Source: Candidatus Lustribacter sp. (GTDB lineage: Bacteria > Vulcanimicrobiota > Vulcanimicrobiia > Vulcanimicrobiales > Vulcanimicrobiaceae). Taken from it: a stretch of DNA of 64,000 bases. The notes beneath the pieces were generated by a model. It did no database searches. It was not told where the DNA came from and worked only from the letters and a program-made list of their open reading frames with translations. Where the stretch lies: assembly GCA_965277805.1 (NCBI GenBank), contig OZ255842.1, positions 1,600,001-1,664,000 on the forward strand, read 5' to 3'. The position numbers were made by a program, and so were the translations under genes. Below, piece by piece: positions 39,972-49,856 of the stretch (its first letter is position 1; every line of letters begins with the position of its first letter).

Positions 39972-41472
39972 GAAAGACGTACTCGGCGCCCGATGCGGCC
40001 TTGGGCCAGCGCGTCGTCGTGGTTTTCAGACGCGTGTAGAAGCGGATGCCTTCCATGCCGTGCATCGCGTGGTCGCCGAAAATCGAACGCTTCCAGCCGC
40101 CGAAACTATGGAAGGCCATCGGCACCGGGATCGGCACGTTGATGCCGACCATGCCGGCTTGCACCGCGCGATCGAACGTGCGCGCCGTGCCGCCGTCGCG
40201 CGTGAAAATCGAGGTCCCGTTGCCGAACTCGTGCGCGTTGATCAGCTTCAACGCTTCGTCGAGCGACTTCACGCGTACGATGCCGAGCACCGGGCCGAAA
40301 ATTTCCTCGCGATACACCCGCATCTCCGGCTTCACGCCGTCGAAAAGCGTGCCGCCGACGAAGAACCCGTCGCCCGACCGTTTGAACGTACGGCCGTCGA
40401 GGACCGCCTTCGCACCCTCGTTGATGCCGGTCTCGATATACGACGTCACCTTATCGCGGTGCACGCCGGTCACGAGCGGTCCCATTTCGACGCCGTCCTC
40501 GAGGCCGCCGCCGATTTTCAGCGCCGTGATCTTGGGACGGAGCCGTTCGATTAGCGCATCCGCAACCTCGTCGCCGACGGCGACGGCGATCGAGATCGCC
40601 ATGCAGCGCTCGCCGGCCGAACCGAAGGCGGAACCCATCAGTGCATCCACCGCCGAATCCAAATCCGCGTCGGGCATCACCACCAGATGGTTCTTCGCGC
40701 CGCCCAGGGCTTGCACGCGTTTGCCGGCCACGGTGCCGGTCTTGTACACGTATTCGGCGATCGGCGTCGAGCCGACGAAACTGACCGAGTTGATGCCGGG
40801 ATGCGCGAGAATCGCATCGACCGCGACCTTGTCGCCGTTGACGACGTTGAACACACCGGCCGGCAAACCGGCTTCGGTGAGCAACGCCGCGAGCTCGAGC
40901 GCGAGCGACGGATCTTTCTCGCTCGGCTTCATGATGAACGTGTTGCCGCAGGCGATCGAAACCGGAAACATCCACATCGGCACCATTGCCGGAAAATTGA
41001 ACGGTGAGATTCCGGCGCATACGCCGAGCGGCTGACGCCGCGCGTGGCTGTCGACGCCGGTGCTGACTTGTTCGGTCAGCTCGCCCTTCAACAAATGCGG
41101 AATGCCGCACACGAACTCCACCACCTCGAGCCCGCGCGCGAGTTCACCCTGCGAATCGCTGAACGTCTTGCCGTGCTCGGCCGTAATCAACGCGGCCAGA
41201 CGGTCGGCATCGCGCAACAGCAGCTCGCGAAAACGGAACATCACGGTCGCGCGCCGCGCCGGCGGCAGATCCGACCAGGCGGGGAACGCGGCGGCCGCTG
41301 CCGCTACCGCCGCATCGACCTCGGCAACGCTTGCAAAGGCGACCCGGCCGGTCTTCAGACCGGTTGCCGGGTCGAACACCTCACCCGCGCGGCCGGACGT
41401 GCCGGCAACGCGCTTGCCCCCGATGTAGTGACCGATGTCGGTGACGGCGTTTGGGGACTGGATGGTTTGCAT
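39958..41472 (-). CDS. mmsA: CoA-acylating (methyl)malonate-semialdehyde dehydrogenase
   Basis: [23 protein letters not shown] and GINVPIPVP. Confidence 0.94.
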   Translation of the reverse strand: MQTIQSPNAVTDIGHYIGGKRVAGTSGRAGEVFDPATGLKTGRVAFASVAEVDAAVAAAAAAFPAWSDLPPARRATVMFRFRELLLRDADRLAALITAEHGKTFSDSQGELARGLEVVEFVCGIPHLLKGELTEQVSTGVDSHARRQPLGVCAGISPFNFPAMVPMWMFPVSIACGNTFIMKPSEKDPSLALELAALLTEAGLPAGVFNVVNGDKVAVDAILAHPGINSVSFVGSTPIAEYVYKTGTVAGKRVQALGGAKNHLVVMPDADLDSAVDALMGSAFGSAGERCMAISIAVAVGDEVADALIERLRPKITALKIGGGLEDGVEMGPLVTGVHRDKVTSYIETGINEGAKAVLDGRTFKRSGDGFFVGGTLFDGVKPEMRVYREEIFGPVLGIVRVKSLDEALKLINAHEFGNGTSIFTRDGGTARTFDRAVQAGMVGINVPIPVPMAFHSFGGWKRSIFGDHAMHGMEGIRFYTRLKTTTTRWPKAASGAEYVFPTTR

Positions 41473-41493
41473 GGCGTGCCTCGTGTGGTGAAG

Positions 41494-42552
41494 CTAGCTC
41501 TTGAAGCGCGGGAACAGACGCTGGGCATTCTTCTCAAAGATACCCTTCTTCTGCTCGTCGGTCAGCCAGCTGATGCTCTCGATCGTCGGTTTGAGATCGT
41601 CGTACGGCTTGCCGGTCACCGGATCTTTGCCCGAGCCGCTGCCGGGACGCTCGGTACCGAAAACGCACCGGTCGGGTCCGACGACGTCGAAGAGCAAGTC
41701 CAGCGATTTTTGGTTGTGCAGACAGGTGTCGAACCAGAAGCGTTTGAGCGTCGTGTCGAACGTCTCGGTCTTAACGGCCGACTTGCCGACGAACTTCGCC
41801 GTTTTGGCGTCGGTGGCGCCGCGGAACTCGAAGCCCGATTCGGACTTGCCTTTGTGCATCTCGCGATTCGAGCGCCAGCGCCCGATCTGGTAGGGAATCG
41901 ATCCGCCACCGTGGCTGATCAGCAGATTGAGTTCCGGATAGCGATCGAACACGTCGGAGCGTGCGATCGACGTGATCGCCAGGCTCTCTTCGGTGACGAA
42001 GTGTTCGTCGTAGGTCTCGCGTCCGCAGCAGCCGCCGCTATGAACGTGCAGCGGGATCTTCATCGAGATAGCCTTCTCGTAGAGCGGATACCAATACGGG
42101 TCGGCGAGCGTCGGCGTTTGATCGAGGCCTTCACCCGGGTCGGGGTTGAGCAGCATGCCGATGAAGCCAAGCTCGTTGATCGCGTAGTCGATTTCGTCGA
42201 ACGTGGTTTCGATCGGCAGCCCCGAGCATTGCGGAATACCGGCGATCCCGCGAAAGCGCGTCGGGTGAAATTTCACCGTCTTGGCGATCAGCTCGTTGTT
42301 CGAGCGCGCCCAAAGTTGCGAATCGGTGAAGCGGCCGCGGTGGATCTGCTGGAACGGGCGCGGCGAGATGAATTGAATGTCGGTCCCGACCTCATCCATC
42401 AGCTTGACGTTGCTGTCGGCCGATTTCCGGAGTTCGTCGTCCGAGACCGCGGCTAGGGCGGCGCCGTGCTGGCCGCCCGAAACGATGAGGGTGCTCCGGT
42501 ACGCATAGAGCGTCGGCGGAGCAACCAAGTGCGCGTGCGCGTCGATAATCAT
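41494..42552 (-). CDS. amidohydrolase-2 family protein (LigJ/4-oxalomesaconate hydratase-like)
   Basis: MIIDAHAH, SPRP, LNPDP, HGGG and FGTE. Confidence 0.8.
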   Translation of the reverse strand: MIIDAHAHLVAPPTLYAYRSTLIVSGGQHGAALAAVSDDELRKSADSNVKLMDEVGTDIQFISPRPFQQIHRGRFTDSQLWARSNNELIAKTVKFHPTRFRGIAGIPQCSGLPIETTFDEIDYAINELGFIGMLLNPDPGEGLDQTPTLADPYWYPLYEKAISMKIPLHVHSGGCCGRETYDEHFVTEESLAITSIARSDVFDRYPELNLLISHGGGSIPYQIGRWRSNREMHKGKSESGFEFRGATDAKTAKFVGKSAVKTETFDTTLKRFWFDTCLHNQKSLDLLFDVVGPDRCVFGTERPGSGSGKDPVTGKPYDDLKPTIESISWLTDEQKKGIFEKNAQRLFPRFKS

Positions 42553-42637
42553 GGGGCGGGCTTCGCTGCCCGAGGGCGCCTTCTTCCTGGATACGCCCCG
42601 GAAGGGGCTCGTCCAGGTTATGGGAGTATGCACGGGC

Positions 42638-43573
42638 ATGAGCGTACTGATCACCGGAGGAACGGGCTTCATCGGCCTCCATACGTCGCGCGCGTTCCTC
42701 GATCACGGCTACGACGTCGTTTCCACGCAGTTCCGGGTGCGGCGCGAACTGGCCGAGGTCGAAGCGCACCGCGCGAGCCGCTTTCACCGCGAAGTCCTCG
42801 ACGTAACCAGTGCCTACGCCCTCGATGCGGTCTTCGAACGGCACGACATCGATCAGGTGCTGCACCTCGCAACCACCGCCGTCGGCGGGCCGCCCGCAGC
42901 CGAAGATTTCCGCGTGAACATGGACGGCATGATGGTGATTCTCGAGGCCGCGCGCCGCAACCGCGTCAAGCGCGTGGTCGTCGCGAGCTCGATCACCGCG
43001 TATCACGGGCTCGATGGACCGTTTCTCGAAAGCATGCCGATGCCGATCGCATCGAACGGGCCGACCGGCGCGTTCAAGAAAGCGGGCGAAATCACCGGGC
43101 TGCACTTCGCCGACCGCACCGGCCTCGACGTGGTGTTCGCGCGCATTGCGTTCGTCTACGGCCCGCTCTACCACTCGTTCACTAACGCACCGAGTCGCAT
43201 CGCCCACACCGCCGTCCGCGGTTGGGTGGATACGGGCAAAACCAAACCGCTGGCGGGCGATAATTTCGACTATCTTTACGTCACCGACTGTGCCGATGCG
43301 CTCTACCGCATGCAAACCGCAACGACGTTGAAAGAACGCATCTATAACGTCGGCGGCGGAACCGCTGTCCCGTTACCGCACGTGCTCGAAGCCGCGCGCG
43401 CCGTAAAACCCGGCATCGAGTTCACCTTCGCCGACGGCCAAGACCCGTTCCACAAACCAACGTCATACATGGACATCAGCAGCTTCACCCGCGACAGCGG
43501 CTGGAAACCCGCGCACGACATCAATGCCGGCATGGCCGCCTACATGGAGTGGCTTAAAAACTTCGAAGTGTAA
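42638..43573 (+). CDS. NAD-dependent epimerase/dehydratase family protein
   Basis: ITGGTGFIG, HLA, VYGP and YNVGGG. Confidence 0.88.
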   Translation: MSVLITGGTGFIGLHTSRAFLDHGYDVVSTQFRVRRELAEVEAHRASRFHREVLDVTSAYALDAVFERHDIDQVLHLATTAVGGPPAAEDFRVNMDGMMVILEAARRNRVKRVVVASSITAYHGLDGPFLESMPMPIASNGPTGAFKKAGEITGLHFADRTGLDVVFARIAFVYGPLYHSFTNAPSRIAHTAVRGWVDTGKTKPLAGDNFDYLYVTDCADALYRMQTATTLKERIYNVGGGTAVPLPHVLEAARAVKPGIEFTFADGQDPFHKPTSYMDISSFTRDSGWKPAHDINAGMAAYMEWLKNFEV

Positions 43574-43578
43574 ATCGC

Positions 43579-43668
43579 TGGAGGAGAGAGAGGGATTCGA
43601 ACCCTCGACACTCTTGCGAGTGTGCCGCCTTTCCAAGGCGGTGCATTCGACCACTCTGCCATCTCTCC
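43579..43668 (-). tRNA. tRNA-Ser(GGA)
   Basis: GGAGAGA...TCTCTCC-T-CCA; anticodon arm CCGCC-TT-GGA-AA-GGCGG; long variable arm. Confidence 0.96.
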
Positions 43669-43757
43669 GTAGTCGACTCGCCCCGTTCTTCCAACTGTGA
43701 GCACACCCCTCGAACGTTTTCCCGGACGCCGACGTTTGTAGGATAGGTAGGCTCAAA

Positions 43758-45251
43758 ATGATCGCTCGCGTCGCTGCCGCACTCATGGCAGCACTGTTTT
43801 TCTGCGTGTCCAGCCGGTGGGTTCCGGTCGAGGCCGCCCCGCGCGCCGATGTGCTCGTGGTCGGCGGAACGCCGGCCGGCGTCGCGGCGGCGCTGGCAGC
43901 TGCCCGCCTCGGCGAAGATGTCACGCTCGTCGCGCAGCGGCCGGTCTTCGGCGGCGTGCTGACCGATGCGACCATGGACCAATGGGATCTCAATCTCGCC
44001 CCCGACGGCACGCCGATCGAAGGCGGCATCTTCAGCGAGATCCATGACGCCCTCGGCGACGCGTTCACACCGGCTGACGCCGCCCGCGTCTTCGGCGATC
44101 TGGTTGCTAGCGAGCCGCGCATCCATGCGATCGTGAACGCCCGGCCGGTGTCGGTCCGTGTCAGCGGCATCGCGGGCGGTTTGCAGGTCAACGACGTCAC
44201 GTTCGCGCGCAACGGCAAAACCGATTTCACCATCGCCGCGCCGGTCGTCATCGATGCCACCGACAACTGCGACCTCGCCGCGTTAGCCGGTGCGCGATAC
44301 GACGTCGGCCGCCAAGATACCGGCATCGATGAAAAGATGCAAGCAGTGACGCTGATGTTCACGTTCGAGGGCGTCGATTGGCCGGCGCTCGCCGCGGCCT
44401 ACGATCCGCGGGTCGACGGCGCCGGCGGCGTGTTGGGGCGCCGGGCGTGGGGCTACGCCAAGCTCATGGCGGACTATCGACCGCTCTCGAACGACGTGCT
44501 CGTGCGCGACCTCAACCTCGCCCATGAAACCGACGGGTCCGTGAGCGTCAACGCGATCGACGTGCTCGGCGTCGACGGCCGGTCGGCAAGCGACCTGTTG
44601 CACGCGCGGGAACTCACCGAGAACGAAGCACCGCATCTGCTGGCCTATCTGCGCGCACGCTTGGCAGGCTTCGACGATGCGCACATCGGGCATTTTGCCG
44701 GCGCCGTGTACGTACGTGAAACGCGCCACGTGCTCGGCGACGAATGGCTGACCGCGGACGACGTGTGGAACGGCATGATCCCGGCCGACAGCATCGGGCT
44801 CAGCTCGTATCCGCTCGATCTCCACGCGGTCACTGCTACGAGCACGCTCGCGTACGCGCCGGTGCGCCACGTCTACGGCGTTCCGTTCGGCACGCTCGTG
44901 CCGCGCGGGTTCACCAACCTGATGATGGCGGGCCCGTCGATTTCCGCCTCACACGAAGCCGCGGGCAGCGCGCGCGTGATCCCGACGACGATCGAGGAGG
45001 GCCAAGCCGCCGGCACCGCCGCGGCCCTCGTCAACGCTCGCCACATCACCGTTGCCGAACTTGCCCGAACTCCCACGGATATCGCTGCATTACAGACGAG
45101 TCTGCACGCGGCCGGTGCAATTCTAGCGGTCGTTGATGTTCAGCGTGCGCGGCCGCGTCAGCACGCGCTCGTACACGTACGGAACCTCACCGGTGTCACC
45201 ATCGCCGGTTTGCGTCGAGCGGCCGTCCGCATAGGCCGACGCGCCGCCTAA
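43758..45251 (+). CDS. exported FAD-dependent oxidoreductase
   Basis: Signal-like N-terminus, VVGGTPAG, IDATDNCDLA, YVRETR and GQAAG. Confidence 0.85.
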   Translation: MIARVAAALMAALFFCVSSRWVPVEAAPRADVLVVGGTPAGVAAALAAARLGEDVTLVAQRPVFGGVLTDATMDQWDLNLAPDGTPIEGGIFSEIHDALGDAFTPADAARVFGDLVASEPRIHAIVNARPVSVRVSGIAGGLQVNDVTFARNGKTDFTIAAPVVIDATDNCDLAALAGARYDVGRQDTGIDEKMQAVTLMFTFEGVDWPALAAAYDPRVDGAGGVLGRRAWGYAKLMADYRPLSNDVLVRDLNLAHETDGSVSVNAIDVLGVDGRSASDLLHARELTENEAPHLLAYLRARLAGFDDAHIGHFAGAVYVRETRHVLGDEWLTADDVWNGMIPADSIGLSSYPLDLHAVTATSTLAYAPVRHVYGVPFGTLVPRGFTNLMMAGPSISASHEAAGSARVIPTTIEEGQAAGTAAALVNARHITVAELARTPTDIAALQTSLHAAGAILAVVDVQRARPRQHALVHVRNLTGVTIAGLRRAAVRIGRRAA

Positions 45252-45326
45252 CGCGCCCTTCACGACTTCGCCCAGACCGAACATCTCGGCGACGCCGCCG
45301 ACCAAGTCCATGAAGTCGCCGTCCAT
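45123..45326 (-). CDS. possible small protein downstream of the YbjQ-like gene
   Basis: ATG lies 2 nt after the upstream stop, but the ORF overlaps the 3' end of the opposite-strand oxidoreductase. Confidence 0.3.
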   Translation of the reverse strand: MDGDFMDLVGGVAEMFGLGEVVKGALGGASAYADGRSTQTGDGDTGEVPYVYERVLTRPRTLNINDR

Positions 45327-45328
45327 GA

Positions 45329-46183
45329 CTAGTCGTTGAGGCCGATCTGGAACATCGGCGAGACCTTCGTCTTCTCACCGCGTTTCACGATCGAGGTTCC
45401 GATCGCGAGAAACTCGATTACGTGCGGCTCCCAGACGTGATTCTTCTCGACGATGTTCATGCCGACGATTCCGGTCGCGCCGTGCGCTTCAGCCTCGGCC
45501 TGCATGCGGCTCATCGCGAGTTCGCGCGCATCGTAGAGCGCCTCGGTGTAGTTTTGCAGCTCGATGTTGTTGCCGAGCGTGCGGATCGACTGCATGAACC
45601 CTTGGTGCGCGATGTGGTAGACGCAACTTCCGAGAACGAGTTCCGCCGGCACGTACCCGGCTTGGTGCAATTTGTAGAAGTCTTGCACGGAGAGATCGCA
45701 CGTGAACGGCTTGTCGTGCACCGTGCGATACGATGCGCCGGGCGGCGCTTTGACCGCGGTGCCGATCGCCGTGAACTCGAGCGCATTCGGCGCCCAAATG
45801 TAGCCGCCGACTTCGAGCCGCACGCCGACGATGCCGTCGGCGCCGAGCACCGCGGCTTCTTCTTCCATCCGGCTCATCGCGAGTTCGCGCGCCTGGTACA
45901 TCGCTTGCGAGAGATAGCCGAGTTCCTGGTTTTGAAAGTAATTGCCGATCTGGAAGCCGACGTGAAAGATCGAACTGCCGAGCACGAGGCCCAGCGGCTG
46001 CATCTGCAGTTCGTCCAGCAGCACGAACTCGCTCACCGAGAGATCGCTCGTGAACATCGGCGCACCGCCGACGCCGCTCATCCGCCGCAGACGGGAAATC
46101 GCATCCTGCGGTACGCCGCCGGGCGTCACCTCGACGTTGCGCGCCTGGTTCTGCTGGCCGGGACCGAAACCGAAGAAGCTCAT
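45329..46183 (-). CDS. tandem YbjQ/heavy-metal-binding-domain protein
   Basis: Two internal repeats FT(S/C)DLSV...LVLGS...ARELAMSRM...GIVG...EFxAIGT. Confidence 0.85.
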   Translation of the reverse strand: MSFFGFGPGQQNQARNVEVTPGGVPQDAISRLRRMSGVGGAPMFTSDLSVSEFVLLDELQMQPLGLVLGSSIFHVGFQIGNYFQNQELGYLSQAMYQARELAMSRMEEEAAVLGADGIVGVRLEVGGYIWAPNALEFTAIGTAVKAPPGASYRTVHDKPFTCDLSVQDFYKLHQAGYVPAELVLGSCVYHIAHQGFMQSIRTLGNNIELQNYTEALYDARELAMSRMQAEAEAHGATGIVGMNIVEKNHVWEPHVIEFLAIGTSIVKRGEKTKVSPMFQIGLND

Positions 46184-46960
46184 CTATCTCTCCAAAAACC
46201 GGGTGAGGGTTTCGCGCGTGCGGCGGTCGCGTTCGACGAACGCGCCCAAGTCTTCGTAGAGCCCGCGCAGCCACGCATCGAGGTCGACCGTTTCGGTGCG
46301 CAGCGCGACGCCTCGAACCACCTTCGTCGCGCTGGCCTCGATACCGCTGCGGTGCGCGGCGAGGTTGTAACGCAGCGCCGAGTCGCCCGAGGGAATCGTC
46401 AACTGCAGCGCTTCGACGGCGCCGAACCCCATCCGGCCGCGCTGCACGGTGAGCAGTTGCGGCACCAGCTGCGCGAATCGCTCGGCAGCGACGGCGACCA
46501 GCGCCGCCGGCTGCGGCCCGGCGTCGCGTTCGATCCCGTCGAGAAACGTGCGCACGAGCGCGAGCGGGGCCGACGTCGCCGGTTCGGCCGGAACGGCTTG
46601 CGGCAACTCCGCGAGCGGGCCAAAGCGTTCGGCCAAAAACGCGCCGTTCGCGGCGATGCCCTCGGTGCTGCGCGCCGCAACCTCGCGCAAGCGCTGCGCC
46701 GTCGCGCGTTCGAGGTGATCGAGCTGCGCGACGAGCAGTTCGTCGGGCGTGCGACCGGTCGCGTCGCGCTCGCCGCGTAAGCTCGGCGGGATGTCGAAAT
46801 ACGCGCGCAGCGTGTCGGGCAGATAGCGCGCGCGCGTTTCGCGCAGCGAGAACGTCGCTTCGTCGGTCACCCCCGATTGGGCGAGTACGCGCTCGGCCTC
46901 GTCGAGCAGGGCTTCGATGCGGCTCACGCGCTGCGCGGCCTCATCGGGGACGTGCATCAT
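46184..46960 (-). CDS. hypothetical two-domain protein
   Basis: 258-aa ORF tightly coupled to its neighbours, containing YLPDTLRAY and KVVRGVAL segments. Confidence 0.7.
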   Translation of the reverse strand: MMHVPDEAAQRVSRIEALLDEAERVLAQSGVTDEATFSLRETRARYLPDTLRAYFDIPPSLRGERDATGRTPDELLVAQLDHLERATAQRLREVAARSTEGIAANGAFLAERFGPLAELPQAVPAEPATSAPLALVRTFLDGIERDAGPQPAALVAVAAERFAQLVPQLLTVQRGRMGFGAVEALQLTIPSGDSALRYNLAAHRSGIEASATKVVRGVALRTETVDLDAWLRGLYEDLGAFVERDRRTRETLTRFLER

Positions 46961-48171
46961 TTCCGCAGCAGCGGAGCCACCCGGTCGTAGGGCAGCCCGT
47001 ACAGCGTGATGCCGTTGGCTCCGGTCATCGTGCGCGCGCTGAAAATCGCATCGTCGATCGCTTCTTCGGTTGCATCGACCGTCGCGGTGAAGAGTGCATC
47101 GACACGGTCTTCGTCCGTTTCGAGCGGTGGTCCGGTAATGCCGCCGCCGCGCGGATAGATATGCGTGGTCGAAAACGCGAAGAACAAATCGCCGCTCGAG
47201 GTGTGCGAGGTCGCGCCGGTGCGCGCGAGTCCCATCGTGGCGCGCTTCGCGATGTCGCGCAAACGCAGCGCATCGAGCGGCGCGTCGGTCGCAACGACGA
47301 TGATGATGCTGCCGTCGGCGGCGCGGCCGGTCGTAGGCGCGAGGCCCGCAGCGCGCGGAAAGACGGGCAGCAAGTCGTGGGCGAAGGCACGTCCCACCGG
47401 TACTCCGCCGATCAGCAATTCGTTCCGCGAACCCGTGTTCACGTTCACCAGCACGCCGACGGTGTAGCCGCCCAGTTCCTTCGGCAGCACCCGCGATGCC
47501 GAACCGATCCCGCCCTTGAAGCCAAAGGCGTGCATCCCGGTCCCGGCGCCCACATTGCCGCGCGGAAAATCACCGGGCGCGGCCGCATCGAGCAGCCCAA
47601 CGACGTCGGCCGGCGACACGTGGCGGCCCTGAATGTCGTTCATGCCCTGGTCGTCGCACTCGGCCACGACCGGCAGCGGCACGTCGGCCCGGATCCCGAT
47701 ATCCGAATGTTTCTTGATCAGCCACGAGACCACGCCGTCATCGACGCGCCCGACATTGAGGGTATTGGTCAGCACGATCGGCGTCTCGAGAAAGCCCGCC
47801 TGGTCGACCCAGTGCGCGCCGGTCATTTCACCGTTCCCGTTGAGATCGAACGTTGCCGCGGCGACGCGTTGAATCCACGGGTCGGCGTTGGGCAGAATCC
47901 CGGTCGCCCCCGTTCGTACCGGGCCCACGCCGGGCACGAGGGGACCATTGCCCTCAATCTTCGTGACTTGTCCAACTCGCACGCCGGGAACGTCGGTGAT
48001 ACCATCGAGCGGCCCAGCGGGCAGCGTGCCCACGGTTACCGGCGAGCGGGCTCCCGCCAGTCCCGATCCCGCTACCGCGATGCACGCTGCAAACGCCGCA
48101 ACGAAACGCCCGACCCGTGTTCCGCCGCGAAATGCCACAGCCGGGCTTTCCGCGGGCAGGGGTAGGCACAC
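46957..48171 (-). CDS. P1/DmpA family aminopeptidase (S58)
   Basis: ITDVPGVRVG, PVVAECDD, VGAGTGM, KGGIGSASR, DGSIII and SGD. True start is probably downstream, e.g. GTG 48138. Confidence 0.9.
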   Translation of the reverse strand: MCLPLPAESPAVAFRGGTRVGRFVAAFAACIAVAGSGLAGARSPVTVGTLPAGPLDGITDVPGVRVGQVTKIEGNGPLVPGVGPVRTGATGILPNADPWIQRVAAATFDLNGNGEMTGAHWVDQAGFLETPIVLTNTLNVGRVDDGVVSWLIKKHSDIGIRADVPLPVVAECDDQGMNDIQGRHVSPADVVGLLDAAAPGDFPRGNVGAGTGMHAFGFKGGIGSASRVLPKELGGYTVGVLVNVNTGSRNELLIGGVPVGRAFAHDLLPVFPRAAGLAPTTGRAADGSIIIVVATDAPLDALRLRDIAKRATMGLARTGATSHTSSGDLFFAFSTTHIYPRGGGITGPPLETDEDRVDALFTATVDATEEAIDDAIFSARTMTGANGITLYGLPYDRVAPLLRK

Positions 48172-48248
48172 CCTCCTGCCCGCGCGAAACCGGCCCCACT
48201 TGCCCGCCCCGCGCGGTCCATCCGAAGCCGAGGAGCAGTCACACGCCG

Positions 48249-49856
48249 ATGATTACCCTACCGAACCCCTCGCAGAGCTTGTCCGACGATCTCAAGGCGA
48301 TCGGCCTCGATCGTGTCGCCACGGTCCATCGCAACCTGACGATGGTCGACTTAATGGAACATGCCGTGCGCAACGGCGAGGGCCGTCTCGGACCCGACGG
48401 ACAGATGATCGTTGAAACGGGCCGTCATACCGGCCGTTCGCCAAAAGATAAGTTTTTCGTCAAAGAGCCCGGCAGCGAAACGCACATCGACTGGGGCGCG
48501 GTCAACAAGCCCATCGCGCCGGAAAAGTTCGATGCCCTGCTGGTGCGCGTCGGCGACTACCTCGCCGGTAAGGAAATCTACTCGCTCGATTGCTACGTCG
48601 GCGCCGATCCGCGCTATCGCATGCCGGTGCGCGTACTGACGACCAGCGCCTGGCAGTGCCTCTTCTCACAAGATCTGTTCATCCGCAAGACGACCGACGA
48701 CGATAACTTCAAGCCCGAGTTCACCGTGCTCGACGCTGCGCTTTTCGAAGCCGTGCCGGAACGCGACGGCACGCGCACCAGCACGTTTTGCCTGGTGAAC
48801 TTCGCACGCAAGATGGTGCTGATCGGCGGCACGCAGTATGCCGGCGAAATCAAGAAGTCCGTCTTCACGCTGATGAATTACCTGATGCCGCTCCGCGGCG
48901 TGCTGCCGATGCACGCGTCGGCCAACGTCGGCCCCAAGGGCGACGTCGCGATCTTCTTCGGCCTCTCCGGCACGGGAAAAACCACCCTGTCTTCGGATCC
49001 GACGCGCCCGCTGATCGGCGACGACGAACACGGCTGGTCGGCCGACGGCGTCTTCAATTTCGAAGGCGGCTGCTACGCGAAGACGATCGCGCTCTCGCAG
49101 ACGGCCGAACCCGAGATCTGGGCCGCCGTGCACCGTTTCGGAACCGTGCTCGAAAACGTCGTGATCGATCCGGTTACGCGCGCGCTCGATCTCGATTCAG
49201 AAAAGCTCACCGAGAACACGCGCGCCGCCTACCCGATCGAATTCATTCCCAACATCGTGCCCGGCTCGATGGGCGGGAACGCCAACACGATCATCATGCT
49301 GACGGCTGATGCCTTCGGCGTGCTTCCCGCGATCGCGAAGATGACGCCGGCCCAGGCGATGTATCACTTCCTCTCCGGCTATACGGCCGTGGTTGCCGGC
49401 ACGGAACTCGGTGTGACCGAACCGACCGCGACCTTCTCGACGTGTTTCGGCGCGCCGTTCATGGTGCATCATCCGACGGTCTACGCGAAGCTGCTGGGCG
49501 AACGCATCGCCAAGCACGACGTGCAATGCTGGCTCGTCAACACGGGCTGGGTCGGCGGCGCGCCGCCCGAAGCCAAGCGCATGAAGATCGCCTACACGCG
49601 CGCGATGGTCAACGCCGCGATCGAAGGCCGCCTCGACGGAATCCCGACCAAGGTCGAGCCGTTCTTCGGTTTGGCGGTACCGCAAAGCGTGCCCGACGTC
49701 CCGCAGGAAGTGCTGGATCCGCGTTTAGCGTGGAGCGATAAGGCCGCCTACGACGTCCAAGCCAACAAACTCGCCGCCGCATTCGCCGAGAACTTCAAAC
49801 AGTTCGAAGCGGCTTCGACACCCGACGTGCTCGCGGCGGCGATCAAACCTAAATGA
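48249..49856 (+). CDS. pckA: phosphoenolpyruvate carboxykinase (ATP)
   Basis: TGRSPKDK, YAGEIKK, FFGLSGTGKTTLS and IGDDEHGW. Confidence 0.98.
   Translation: MITLPNPSQSLSDDLKAIGLDRVATVHRNLTMVDLMEHAVRNGEGRLGPDGQMIVETGRHTGRSPKDKFFVKEPGSETHIDWGAVNKPIAPEKFDALLVRVGDYLAGKEIYSLDCYVGADPRYRMPVRVLTTSAWQCLFSQDLFIRKTTDDDNFKPEFTVLDAALFEAVPERDGTRTSTFCLVNFARKMVLIGGTQYAGEIKKSVFTLMNYLMPLRGVLPMHASANVGPKGDVAIFFGLSGTGKTTLSSDPTRPLIGDDEHGWSADGVFNFEGGCYAKTIALSQTAEPEIWAAVHRFGTVLENVVIDPVTRALDLDSEKLTENTRAAYPIEFIPNIVPGSMGGNANTIIMLTADAFGVLPAIAKMTPAQAMYHFLSGYTAVVAGTELGVTEPTATFSTCFGAPFMVHHPTVYAKLLGERIAKHDVQCWLVNTGWVGGAPPEAKRMKIAYTRAMVNAAIEGRLDGIPTKVEPFFGLAVPQSVPDVPQEVLDPRLAWSDKAAYDVQANKLAAAFAENFKQFEAASTPDVLAAAIKPK

Noticed and set aside
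43500-43700. tRNA-Ser as an island integration site
   Set aside because: No integrase nearby, and no direct repeat of its 3' end noticed by eye.
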